From contig DATLOE010000017.1 in NCBI GenBank assembly GCA_035536395.1, positions 1-56,757 of the forward strand: DNA of 56,757 bases. The letters are read 5' to 3'. The DNA comes from Candidatus Dormiibacterota bacterium. Its GTDB lineage: Bacteria; Patescibacteriota; Saccharimonadia; UBA4664; DATLOE01. How positions within the stretch are numbered: the stretch's first letter is position 1; each line of letters starts with the position of its first letter. The position numbers and the translations under genes are program-made. The notes beneath the pieces are model-generated. The model had not been told where the DNA came from and searched no databases. It saw only the letters and a program-made list of their open reading frames with translations. Positions 44,651 through 53,245 of this stretch are shown in pieces.

Positions 44651-44666
44651 ACGCTATATATAGCGT
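44651..44666. promoter_or_regulatory. NrdR-box-like perfect 16-bp palindrome ACGCTATATATAGCGT
   Basis: The palindrome is perfect. It resembles the NrdR-box consensus (acaCwAtATaTwGtgt). It lies just upstream of the nrdR RBS. Related half-sites TAGCGCTATAGTGGATAGTG are at 44628-44647. Confidence 0.55.
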
Positions 44667-44686
44667 AGATGCTAAAGGAGGGTGTA

Positions 44687-45145
44687 GTGAAGTGCCACGA
44701 TTGTGATTATATGGATTCTAAGGTTATAGAATCACGCGATTTAGAGGATGGTGCTTCTATTCGCCGCCGCCGCCAATGCTTAAAATGCGGTTTCCGCTTC
44801 ACAACTTATGAGCGTTTGGACAAACCGAGGCTTTCGGTTATTAAAAAGGACGGCCGAAGAGAACCTTACGACCGCGATAAAGTAGCTGGGGGGATGTACA
44901 GGGCTTGCGAGAAGCGCCCCATAGCCATAGCGCTGGTAGAGGAGGTGATCGATCAGATTGAGCGCGAGGTACGGGCCCTGGGCGAAGCCGAAGTGCCGAG
45001 CGAGCAGGTGGGCGGAATCGTTATGAATAAGCTGATGGCTCTAGATGATGTGGCTTATGTACGTTTTGCCAGTGTGTACCGCTCTTTTACTGATGTGGCA
45101 TCGTTCGAAGCTGAGCTTGAGCGGCTGAAGAAACGAATAGTCTAA
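44687..45145 (+). CDS. nrdR: transcriptional repressor NrdR (start moved to GTG 44687; the ORF track gives 44669)
   Basis: The product starts MKCHDCDYMDSKVIESR and continues RRRRQCLKCGFRFTTYE, which is the Zn ribbon. An ATP-cone domain follows. An AGGAGG RBS lies 5 nt upstream. Confidence 0.93.
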   Translation: MKCHDCDYMDSKVIESRDLEDGASIRRRRQCLKCGFRFTTYERLDKPRLSVIKKDGRREPYDRDKVAGGMYRACEKRPIAIALVEEVIDQIEREVRALGEAEVPSEQVGGIVMNKLMALDDVAYVRFASVYRSFTDVASFEAELERLKKRIV

Positions 45146-45149
45146 TAGG

Positions 45150-45354
45150 TTGGCTGTTGGCCTTGCAGGGGTGAAGCAAGGCTAGCGTCTAACCGCTAGG
45201 GGGACTTTGAAAAGTTGGGCTGAGATTGGGCAATGGGACACTCAGAGTGAGGGTACTTTGGGTGCCCAATTGTCCTATCTCAGCAAACACTCCTGTTAGC
45301 TGCTATGGGCAACTGTGAAATCAGTCTGCCCACGCGGCAGGAAGGAGAAATAAA
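45150..45354 (+). promoter_or_regulatory. structured, GC-rich 5' leader of nrdJ with mutually exclusive helices (candidate cis-regulatory RNA, class unknown)
   Basis: GCTGAGAT (45219-26) can pair with ATCTCAGC (45277-84). TGGGCA (45227-32) pairs with TGCCCA (45263-68). Alternatively CTGAG (45220-24) pairs with CTCAG (45241-45). The hairpin CTGCC-CACGC-GGCAG abuts the RBS. Confidence 0.35.
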
Positions 45355-48087
45355 ATGGCTCAAAGTGTAAAGAATGTCATGGCACGTCTTCACGCTCAAT
45401 TTACGGAGTTGGTCCCGGATGATTATGCGGTGACCAGCCCCGAACCTGACTTCGACGACAACCAGCGAACCATCTTCGACAACCGGTACAGCCGGAAAGA
45501 CGAAGATGGCAACCCCAGCGAGCTGCCTCAGGAGGCGATTTGGCGTAAAGCCATTAACGTCTCTGCGGTTGAGGCTCTCTATGCTGGTGAGCGTAAGCTC
45601 GGCACCAAATCGCCCAGCAAGGCGCGCCGAGTCGACCCCAAGCATGTCGAGTTTCCTTTCCGTACAGCGGTACGCAAGTACAACTGGTTGGTGGGGAACA
45701 AGCTCATCACCAACTCTTTCGAGCGGGTGATGATGGCAGGCATGGAGGCTTGGCTGGAAAAGGCTAAGCAGTTCCAGACCTTGGTGACACGCCTGGATTA
45801 CCTGGGCAATTCACCGACCTGGACCGGTGCCGGTACCAATCTGGGTCAGCTGGCTGCCTGTTTCGTTCTGCCGATCGCCGATGACCTCGGTCGCCGGCGT
45901 GACAGCATTTACGAAACACTGAAGGTGGCTGTGCTGATTCAGCAGACGGGTGGCGGGAACGGTTTTCCGCTCTACGACATCCGCCCAGAGGGCGCTTTGG
46001 TGTATCGCAGCATGGGTAAGGCCTCGGGAGCAATGAGTTTCCTGCGGGTCTACAACGCTGCTTTCATCGAGATGGCTCAGGGCGGAACCCGGCGCGGTGC
46101 AAACATGGGCGTCATGCTGGTCAGCCATCCTGAGATCCGGCCATTCATGAATGCCAAGACCGAAGAGGGGAAGATCAAGGAGTTCAACCTGTCCGTGGCT
46201 ATCACGGACGACTTCATGCAGAGCGTGGAGGAGGACGCCGATTTCAACCTCGAGTTCGATGGCAAGGTCTACGAGACCGTCAAGGCCAGAGAACTTTACG
46301 AGGAGATCATCCAGAAGGCCTGGATTATGGGCGACCCCGGTAACCTGTTCATAGACAGGGCCAACCGGGACAACCCTAACCCCAGGCGCTATCGGTTGAA
46401 GGCCACTAACCCCTGTGGGGAGCAGTGGCTGGGTGAGTACGAGAATTGCTGCCTCGGTTCGATCCATATCGGCAATTTTGCCAATTGGGACGGAACGTTC
46501 GATTGGGAGCGTTTTCGTGAGGCGGTCGTGCTTTCCACCGAGTTCCTGGATGACGTCGTGGATGCCAACGCCTACGTGCCGGAAGTGCCTGAGTTGGAGG
46601 CTGCGGCCGAAGGCGGGCGGCGAATCGGCTTGGGCCTGATGGGATTGGCTGACGCTCTGGCCAAGGTGGGTTTGGGATACAACACACCGGAAGGACGCGA
46701 GTTCTCCGCGCAGGTCACGGAGTTTGCCCGCTACCACTGCATGCTTACTTCGATCGAGCGTGCAGAGGAGCGCGGGCCATTCCACTGGATCAAAGATTCA
46801 ATCTACGATCCTGACTTGCTGAAGGAATTTGGTCCGGGTGCTGAGTATGCCGGCATTACGGAGCAGGGCGAGCCGTTTACCCATAAGCTCTGGCAGCCTC
46901 CGCAGCCGCTCGTTCAGTTTGAGCGCGACTTCGGCCGGCCCGAGCTGGATTGGGACCTGGTAACCCAGGGTATCATCCAGCATGGAATCCGTAACTGCTG
47001 CCAGTTCACCTTCGCTCCGACCGGCACCATTTCCAATGTAGCCGGCTGTGAAGGTAGTGGGTGCGAGCCGTTCTTTGCCTTGCGTTTCATCCGTACGATG
47101 ATGCAAGAGGCGGAGAATATCGAGCTCCCATATCTGTCCAGTCTGTTCGAGGAGTCTCTGCGGCGCCATGGCGTCTCAGATGAGGATCGCGAGCAGATTC
47201 TGGCAGAGCTGGCTGAAGCTCCGAACGGCTCATGCCAAGAGATCGAGTTGGTTCCAGAGGCAGTCAAGCAGGCCTTCGTGGTTGCTGCTGACATTTCTGC
47301 CGAGGCCCACGTTCGTATGCAGGCCAGTCTGCAGGCGTTCGTCGATAACTCGATCTCCAAGACCATCAATATGCCGAACGAGGCCACGCCTGAGGACGTT
47401 TCGACGGCCTACAAGCTGGCTTACGAGCTCGGCTGCAAGGGCATCACCATCTACCGGCAGGGTAGCCGGCAGCTGGAGGTGCTTTCTACCAAATCGGCCA
47501 GTAAGACTGGTGAGGTAGAGGTGGTCGATGAAGAGCACTGGCCTATCATTCGGCCAATGGCAATTCCGCGCCAAGCCGAAAAAGAGGGGCTGCCTGCCCG
47601 GGTTTTCCCGGTCATGACGCCCTTTGGCAAGATGCAGGTGACTATTACCGAGCATCCGGATCATCCCGGGCGCCCGTTTGACACCCGCATCACTTTCGGT
47701 AAGGCCGGCAACGACAAGGCGGCTGATACCGAAGCGCTGGGCCGGATGATCTCACTGCTGTTCCGCAGCGGTGTTGCAGTTGAGGACATCGTCGACCAGC
47801 TCAAGGGTCTGGGTGGGTTCACCCAGTATGGCTTGGGGGAGAGAAAGGTGCTTTCGGCACCAGACGGTCTCTCTAAGCTGCTTGAGCGCAAGTACATCGA
47901 TGTCGATGCCGACGTCTCGGAGCTAGAGGATGCCGCTGCTGACCCGCCTGCTGAAGGCGGGAATGGCAAGGTGCTTGGGACGGAGATCTGCCCCAAGTGC
48001 CACCGCGGTACAGTCGTCTTCGCGGACGGCTGCCTTCACTGCGAAATCCGCCTTGGCGGATGCGGTGAATACAACAAGTGCCTCTAG
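45355..48087 (+). CDS. nrdJ: class II (adenosylcobalamin-dependent) ribonucleotide reductase NrdJ, high-GC gene
   Basis: The active-site motif is ATNPCGEQWLGEYENCCLGS. Other motifs are ISKTINMPNEAT and GCKGITIYRQGSR. The C-terminal Cys cluster is CPKCHRG...CLHC...CGEYNKC. Confidence 0.93.
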   Translation: MAQSVKNVMARLHAQFTELVPDDYAVTSPEPDFDDNQRTIFDNRYSRKDEDGNPSELPQEAIWRKAINVSAVEALYAGERKLGTKSPSKARRVDPKHVEFPFRTAVRKYNWLVGNKLITNSFERVMMAGMEAWLEKAKQFQTLVTRLDYLGNSPTWTGAGTNLGQLAACFVLPIADDLGRRRDSIYETLKVAVLIQQTGGGNGFPLYDIRPEGALVYRSMGKASGAMSFLRVYNAAFIEMAQGGTRRGANMGVMLVSHPEIRPFMNAKTEEGKIKEFNLSVAITDDFMQSVEEDADFNLEFDGKVYETVKARELYEEIIQKAWIMGDPGNLFIDRANRDNPNPRRYRLKATNPCGEQWLGEYENCCLGSIHIGNFANWDGTFDWERFREAVVLSTEFLDDVVDANAYVPEVPELEAAAEGGRRIGLGLMGLADALAKVGLGYNTPEGREFSAQVTEFARYHCMLTSIERAEERGPFHWIKDSIYDPDLLKEFGPGAEYAGITEQGEPFTHKLWQPPQPLVQFERDFGRPELDWDLVTQGIIQHGIRNCCQFTFAPTGTISNVAGCEGSGCEPFFALRFIRTMMQEAENIELPYLSSLFEESLRRHGVSDEDREQILAELAEAPNGSCQEIELVPEAVKQAFVVAADISAEAHVRMQASLQAFVDNSISKTINMPNEATPEDVSTAYKLAYELGCKGITIYRQGSRQLEVLSTKSASKTGEVEVVDEEHWPIIRPMAIPRQAEKEGLPARVFPVMTPFGKMQVTITEHPDHPGRPFDTRITFGKAGNDKAADTEALGRMISLLFRSGVAVEDIVDQLKGLGGFTQYGLGERKVLSAPDGLSKLLERKYIDVDADVSELEDAAADPPAEGGNGKVLGTEICPKCHRGTVVFADGCLHCEIRLGGCGEYNKCL

Positions 48088-48130
48088 GCACAACAACACT
48101 GGCTGCTGAGCAACTATTAGCGGCTAGTGC

Positions 48131-48186
48131 GGGCCGGGTTTCGGCATCCCTTAAATGGGGTGTCGGGCCCGGCCCTTTTTCTTTTT
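48131..48186 (+). terminator. long GC-rich hairpin plus T-run after nrdJ
   Basis: GGGCCGGGTTTCGGCATCCC-TTAAAT-GGGGTGTCGGGCCCGGCCC is followed by TTTTTCTTTTT. Confidence 0.75.
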
Positions 48187-48196
48187 GTTATAATTA

Positions 48197-48460
48197 ATGG
48201 CAATGGTTGCCAAGATACTATTTACCAAAGGAGCTCCAGCCTATTCTGATATCGAAAGATTTCAGGAAAAACTAGGAAAATTCCAGGTTGAAACCGAATT
48301 AATTGAAGCTGACAGCAAAGATGGGATCAGGCTGACAGAGTTGTACGATGCTATGGATCGCCCAGCGGTACTTTTGATTCGTGAGGGCGGTGGTTTGGTG
48401 CAGAAATGGCAGGGTACGCTGCCGACAGTAGAAGAAGTTAGCTACCTAGCACACATTTAA
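48197..48460 (+). CDS. hypothetical protein; suspected thioredoxin/glutaredoxin (NrdH-like) fold lacking the CxxC motif
   Basis: 87 aa. By eye, KILFTKGAPAYSDIERF...ETELIEAD...RPAVLLI...LVQKWQG...PTVEEV aligns to the NrdH beta-alpha-beta pattern, with APAY where CxxC would be. Confidence 0.55.
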   Translation: MAMVAKILFTKGAPAYSDIERFQEKLGKFQVETELIEADSKDGIRLTELYDAMDRPAVLLIREGGGLVQKWQGTLPTVEEVSYLAHI

Positions 48461-48724
48461 ATGCTAGAAGCCGTACTAATCAACTTCATAAACCTGTTTG
48501 TGACCGTGTTCAACATTCTGCTGCTGGCACGTGTACTTATGAGCTGGATCCAGCCCCAGCCTACCTCAGGGATAGGCCAGTTTATATTTGATGTTACCGA
48601 ACCGGTACTGGCGCCGATCCGTAAGCTTTTACCCCAGACTTATATGATAGATTTCTCGCCCATAGTAGCTTTTTTGCTATTGCAGCTTATAGCTAGTCTT
48701 GTAAACGGCTTATTTACAGGATAA
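48461..48724 (+). CDS. yggT: YggT-family membrane protein
   Basis: Motifs seen: ARVLMSWI, TEPVLAPIRK and IDFSPIVAFLLL. It abuts the preceding stop codon. Confidence 0.85.
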   Translation: MLEAVLINFINLFVTVFNILLLARVLMSWIQPQPTSGIGQFIFDVTEPVLAPIRKLLPQTYMIDFSPIVAFLLLQLIASLVNGLFTG

Positions 48725-48746
48725 GGTTTCTTATTAAGGAGTATTA

Positions 48747-51647
48747 ATGAAAAAGGCCCAACCAGCTGATTTCCCTAAATTCGAAGCCGAGATGATAGAG
48801 GTCTGGGATAAGGAAAAAACTTTTGCCGCTAGTCTAAAACAACGAAGCAGCGCACCCCTGTTTAGCTTCTATGACGGCCCACCGTTTGCGAACGGTCTGC
48901 CGCACTATGGCCATGTGGTGCCGGTAACTATTAAGGATTCTATTACCCGCTATAAAACGATGCGCGGGTACTTGGTGCCGCGCCGTAACGGCTGGGACAC
49001 TCACGGCCTGCCGGTAGAGTATGAAATTGAGCGCGAGCTGGGCCTTAAGAGCAAACGGGAGATTCATAAGTATGGGGTAGATAAATTCATTGAGGCCTGC
49101 CGAGGTTCAGTATTCAAATACCGCCAGGAGTGGGAACAGTTCTTTGTGCGCCTGGGCCGCTGGGCCGATAGCAGCGACGCCTACTCAACCCTAGACGACG
49201 ATTATATGGAAAGCGTCTGGTGGGTAATCAATGAGCTAAATAAAAAGCAGCTACTGGAGGAAACTTTCCGCAGTATGCCTTATTGCCCCCGCTGCGCCAC
49301 ACCGCTCTCGAATTTTGAAGTGAACCAGAATTATAAAGACAATGTGCCCGACCCGAGTGTATATGTGAAGTTTGAGCTAGCTGACGTGCCAAATACATAT
49401 CTACTGGCCTGGACGACCACCCCGTGGACTTTGCCGGCCAATGCGGCCCTAGCAGTGGATGCAGGGGCCGATTATGTGACGGTGGAGACTCATGACAAAT
49501 CCAGGCTGATACTGGCTAAAAAACGGCTAGAGGTGCTGGATCTGCGCAAGTCGGAATACAAAGTAGTAGAAACCAGGAAGGGTGCAAAGCTTGTAGGCCA
49601 ACGCTACAAATCACTGTATGACTTTGCAGAGATTACGGCAGAAGAAGAGGGGAGGGCTCACCGCGTATACCAAGATGATTCCGTCAGCCTAGATGACGGC
49701 AGCGGTATTCTGCATGTGGCGCCTAGATACGGCGAAACCGACCTTGAGCTGGGAATGAAGGAAGGCCTGCCTTTAATAGAAAGCGTGGACGCCGACGGGC
49801 TGATGGCGAAAAATATGGGCCAGTTTGCTGGGACGTGGTTTAAGGACGCTGATGATGAAATTATTGCCGATTTAACCAAAAAAGGCAGCTTGTTCGCAGC
49901 CGAGACATTTAACCACACCTACCCGTTTTGCTGGCGCTGCCAAAGCCCCTTAATCTACTTTGCTATCTCGACTTGGGTGGTGAAGGTCACCGAGATTACT
50001 AAGCAGTTGGTTCGCAATAATAAAGAGATTAAATGGGTACCGGAGCATATAGGGGGTGGCCGGTTCGGCAATTGGCTGGCCGACGCGCGGGATTGGAGTA
50101 TTTCGCGTAACCGATTCTGGGGTAATCCTCTGCCAATCTGGAAATGCGCAGACGGGCATGTGACGGTCGTTGGCAGTATTGCGGAATTAAAGGAAAAAGC
50201 CGTTGATTCTAAGCTAGTGGGCGATCTGCACCGCCCGGCTATTGATAAGGTTAAGATTCATTGCGGTGAGTGTAAGCAGGAGGCTACGCGCATAGAAGAA
50301 GTACTCGATTGTTGGTTCGAGTCAGGCAGTATGCCATACGCCCAGCACCATTATCCGTTTGAGAACGAAAAACTTTTTAAGGAGTCTTACCCGGCCGATT
50401 TCATTGCAGAGGGCCTAGACCAGACCCGGGGCTGGTTTTACACGCTGCATGTACTGGCTGCGGCTCTGTATGATAAACCGGCTTTTAAGAACGTGATTGT
50501 GAATGGCTTAATTCTAGCAGCCGATGGCCAGAAGCTGAGTAAGCGTTTAAAAAACTACCCGCCGCTTGAGGAAGTGTTTACCACTACCGGTGCCGATGTG
50601 CTGCGGTTTTTTATGATTAGCAGCCCAGCTGTGAACGGTGAGGATGTGCGCTTTTCTAAAGAGCTCTTAGAGGACGTGCAGCGTAATGTGTTCCTGCGTT
50701 TGTGGAATGTCTACAGCTTCTTTTCTACTTATGCCGAGATTGATGGCTGGAAACCGCCCAAGAAGCTGGCCGAGCCTAAGAGCGCCAATGTGCTAGACAA
50801 GTGGCTAGTGGCTCGCCTAAACCAAACCATAGCCGAGACCACTAAGCAGGCCGATGGGTATCAGATTGCCCGGGCGGTACGCCCGCTGCAGGCGCTAATC
50901 GATGATCTCTCTAATTGGTATGTGCGCCGCAGCCGCCGCCGGTTTTGGAAGAGCGAGGACGATGGAGATAAAAAGGCGGCTTACGAGACTTTGCATTACG
51001 CTCTTACACGTATCTGTCAGCTACTGGCGCCTTGGAGCCCATTTATTGCCGATAAGATGTACCGCGAGCTTACAGCCGGTACGGACTTGCCTAAATCTGT
51101 ACACTTAACCGACTGGCCAGAGGCAGGCAGGAACGATAAGGCAGATAAGGAAGTTATTGCTCAAATGGCGGGCCTTAGAGAGGCCGTAGTTATCGGCTTA
51201 GCCCAAAGAGCGGAGGCGGGTGTTAAAGTTCGCCAGCCTTTGAGCCAGGCTGTAATTAAAACTCCAGCCAAGCTATCAGCCGGGTTCACTGAAATCGCGG
51301 CCGATGAGCTGAACGTGAAAAAAATTACCCAGCAAACAGCCAAGACGGTCAGTGCCAAGATCGATACCAAACTGACACAGGAACTGAAACAGGAGGGCGC
51401 CGCCCGCGATATCATTAGGCAAATCCAGAACGCCCGCAAGCAGGCGGGGCTGGCGGTAGACGATCGTATTAAACTCGGTCTCAAGTCTGACAGCCAGGAA
51501 ATTACGAATGCTATTCATACCCATTCCTATTTGATTGCAGCTGAAACCTTGGCCGAGGAAGTGCTGTATGAGGCTTTTGGCGATAGCGTAAACGTTCGGC
51601 TGGGCGGAGATGAAATTACAATCAGCCTCCAAAAAGCCGCAAGCTGA
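48747..51647 (+). CDS. ileS: isoleucine--tRNA ligase
   Basis: Motifs seen: PFANGLPHYGHV (the HIGH motif), KLSKRLKN (the KMSKS motif), and the WTTTPWTLPAN editing domain. Confidence 0.95.
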   Translation: MKKAQPADFPKFEAEMIEVWDKEKTFAASLKQRSSAPLFSFYDGPPFANGLPHYGHVVPVTIKDSITRYKTMRGYLVPRRNGWDTHGLPVEYEIERELGLKSKREIHKYGVDKFIEACRGSVFKYRQEWEQFFVRLGRWADSSDAYSTLDDDYMESVWWVINELNKKQLLEETFRSMPYCPRCATPLSNFEVNQNYKDNVPDPSVYVKFELADVPNTYLLAWTTTPWTLPANAALAVDAGADYVTVETHDKSRLILAKKRLEVLDLRKSEYKVVETRKGAKLVGQRYKSLYDFAEITAEEEGRAHRVYQDDSVSLDDGSGILHVAPRYGETDLELGMKEGLPLIESVDADGLMAKNMGQFAGTWFKDADDEIIADLTKKGSLFAAETFNHTYPFCWRCQSPLIYFAISTWVVKVTEITKQLVRNNKEIKWVPEHIGGGRFGNWLADARDWSISRNRFWGNPLPIWKCADGHVTVVGSIAELKEKAVDSKLVGDLHRPAIDKVKIHCGECKQEATRIEEVLDCWFESGSMPYAQHHYPFENEKLFKESYPADFIAEGLDQTRGWFYTLHVLAAALYDKPAFKNVIVNGLILAADGQKLSKRLKNYPPLEEVFTTTGADVLRFFMISSPAVNGEDVRFSKELLEDVQRNVFLRLWNVYSFFSTYAEIDGWKPPKKLAEPKSANVLDKWLVARLNQTIAETTKQADGYQIARAVRPLQALIDDLSNWYVRRSRRRFWKSEDDGDKKAAYETLHYALTRICQLLAPWSPFIADKMYRELTAGTDLPKSVHLTDWPEAGRNDKADKEVIAQMAGLREAVVIGLAQRAEAGVKVRQPLSQAVIKTPAKLSAGFTEIAADELNVKKITQQTAKTVSAKIDTKLTQELKQEGAARDIIRQIQNARKQAGLAVDDRIKLGLKSDSQEITNAIHTHSYLIAAETLAEEVLYEAFGDSVNVRLGGDEITISLQKAAS

Positions 51648-51664
51648 CATATAATAGCTGAACA

Positions 51665-52774
51665 ATGCTGAGATCACGTTTCTGGAAAAACTTCGATTGG
51701 ATACTGTTCGGCCTAGCACTACTTTTGACAGCCGTCGGTTTAATCGTGATTTACTCGACCTCCTTCAAGGCTCTTAGCCTGGCCTCACCAGTCGATGCCT
51801 CGCACCAAGTCATATTTGCTCTTGTAGGCCTTGGGGTGCTACTGGTCGTGGCTCGGTTCGATTACCGTAGCTGGACGAAGCTCACAGCCTTTTTATATGG
51901 GTTTATGATACTTAGCCTAGTAGCCGTTTTACTGGTGGGCAGGGAAGCCCTTGGGGCTACTCGCTGGATAGACTTAGGATTTTTTCAGTTCCAGCCATCT
52001 GAGGTTGCCAAGCTGATTTTAGTGATAGTGCTGGCCAAGTTCTTCAGCCGCCACTACGACCGTATGCATAACGTGCGATATGTGCTGATTTCTCTGGCAT
52101 ATGTAGCCGTCCCAGCCATACTGGTACTGGTCCAGCCCGACCTTGGTACAGCCCTAGTGTTTGGGTTTATTTGGCTGGTGATGGCAATTGTGGCAAGGGT
52201 AAGATTGCTGCATTTAGGTGGGTTAGCCGCCTTAGCGGTGGCTATGATGCCTGTTCTTATACCGCTGCTTAAGCCGTACCAACGCGCAAGACTAGAGGTG
52301 TTTTTAAACCCCACTGCCGATCCACTGCATACGGGCTACAACGTGGTGCAATCCACGATTGCGGTCGGTAGCGGTCAGCTGTTCGGGCGCGGTTTGGATG
52401 CCGGCAGTCAATCTCAGCTGAACTTTCTGCCCTCGCAACACACCGACTTCATATTCGCCGTATTGAGCGAAAAGCTGGGATTCGTAGGTGGAGTGTTGGT
52501 TTTATTGCTGTTTTTGGCTCTATTATTTAGGGCTTTAGTAATAGCGTCTCGTTCGCAGGACAGATTCGGCATGCTTTTGGCAGTTGGTTTGGTTGCTATG
52601 CTGGTATTCCACATCTTTATTAATATTGGTATGAACGTCGGCCTGCTGCCAGTTACAGGTATTCCTCTGCCGTTTGTTTCTTATGGCGGCACCAGTTTGA
52701 TCGTAACGCTGGCGGCTATCGGGCTGATGGAGTCTGTTGCGATTAGACGCCGCAAGATCCAATTCGGCATCTAG
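51665..52774 (+). CDS. SEDS-family peptidoglycan glycosyltransferase (FtsW/RodA)
   Basis: The protein has about 10 TM segments. Motifs seen: RWIDLGFFQFQPSE.AK, PDLGT, TDFIFA and LPFVSYGGTS. Confidence 0.9.
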   Translation: MLRSRFWKNFDWILFGLALLLTAVGLIVIYSTSFKALSLASPVDASHQVIFALVGLGVLLVVARFDYRSWTKLTAFLYGFMILSLVAVLLVGREALGATRWIDLGFFQFQPSEVAKLILVIVLAKFFSRHYDRMHNVRYVLISLAYVAVPAILVLVQPDLGTALVFGFIWLVMAIVARVRLLHLGGLAALAVAMMPVLIPLLKPYQRARLEVFLNPTADPLHTGYNVVQSTIAVGSGQLFGRGLDAGSQSQLNFLPSQHTDFIFAVLSEKLGFVGGVLVLLLFLALLFRALVIASRSQDRFGMLLAVGLVAMLVFHIFINIGMNVGLLPVTGIPLPFVSYGGTSLIVTLAAIGLMESVAIRRRKIQFGI

Positions 52775-52839
52775 TTCATGCAAGGGGTTTACAGATACAG
52801 GCATAATTGCTACACTTTTCAGGTTATTTAACCAAGATT

Positions 52840-53148
52840 ATGCAAGCAGTTATTCAAACCGGCGGAAAACAGTATTTAGTCGCACCAGACCAGACTCTGG
52901 AGGTTGAGTTATTGCCAGAAGGCGAGAAAAAGCTAGAGTTTGAAGCTCTACTACTGATCGATGGCGCAAGTATTGCCGTCGGTGCTCCGGCGGTAAAAGG
53001 AGCCAAGGTTCGCGCCGAAGTGGTGGAGAACACCAAAGGTGAAAAACTCAAAATACTTAAATTCAAAGCTAAAAAACGGGTTAAAAAGCTGACCGGCCAC
53101 CGTCAGAAATACACTAAGATAAAAATCACTGGTATTACTAAAAGTTAA
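52840..53148 (+). CDS. rplU: 50S ribosomal protein L21 (start at the internal ATG)
   Basis: The motif MQAVIQTGGKQYLV is present, and HRQKYTKIKI lies at the C-terminus. Confidence 0.92.
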   Translation: MQAVIQTGGKQYLVAPDQTLEVELLPEGEKKLEFEALLLIDGASIAVGAPAVKGAKVRAEVVENTKGEKLKILKFKAKKRVKKLTGHRQKYTKIKITGITKS

Positions 53149-53155
53149 CTAATTT

Positions 53156-53177
53156 CCCGGCTAAGGCCGGGTTTTTT
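53156..53177 (+). terminator. rplU intrinsic terminator
   Basis: The hairpin is CCCGGC-TAAG-GCCGGG-TTTTTT. Confidence 0.8.
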
Positions 53178-53245
53178 GCTTTAGGCTATTGCATAGCTCT
53201 TGTGTTTATCGCTATACTGAATTCAACTTATATAGAAGGGTGAGT

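Noticed and set aside
45150-45354. Cobalamin (AdoCbl) riboswitch upstream of the B12-dependent RNR.
   Set aside because: I could not find the conserved B12-box (GCCACTG) or the AGGGAA/GGTG core elements. B12 riboswitches also normally repress B12-independent isozymes, not nrdJ. I keep it as a leader of unknown class.
45355-48087. Intein inside NrdJ (910 aa is long).
   Set aside because: The conserved RNR blocks are contiguous. There are no intein splice-junction motifs and no embedded endonuclease block. The length fits long actinobacterial-type NrdJ proteins with the C-terminal Cys-rich tail.
45280-48091. Long antisense or alternate-frame ORFs across nrdJ (for example 45811..46785 at 324 aa, 46914..47387, 47230..47664).
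   Set aside because: This is the typical stop-codon-poor artefact of a roughly 60% GC gene. The + strand frame carries unmistakable NrdJ motifs. The same applies to 28330..28581, 28987..29334 and 29151..29381 in the 480-aa gene, and to 12228..12686 and 12661..13026 opposite the IHF-like gene.
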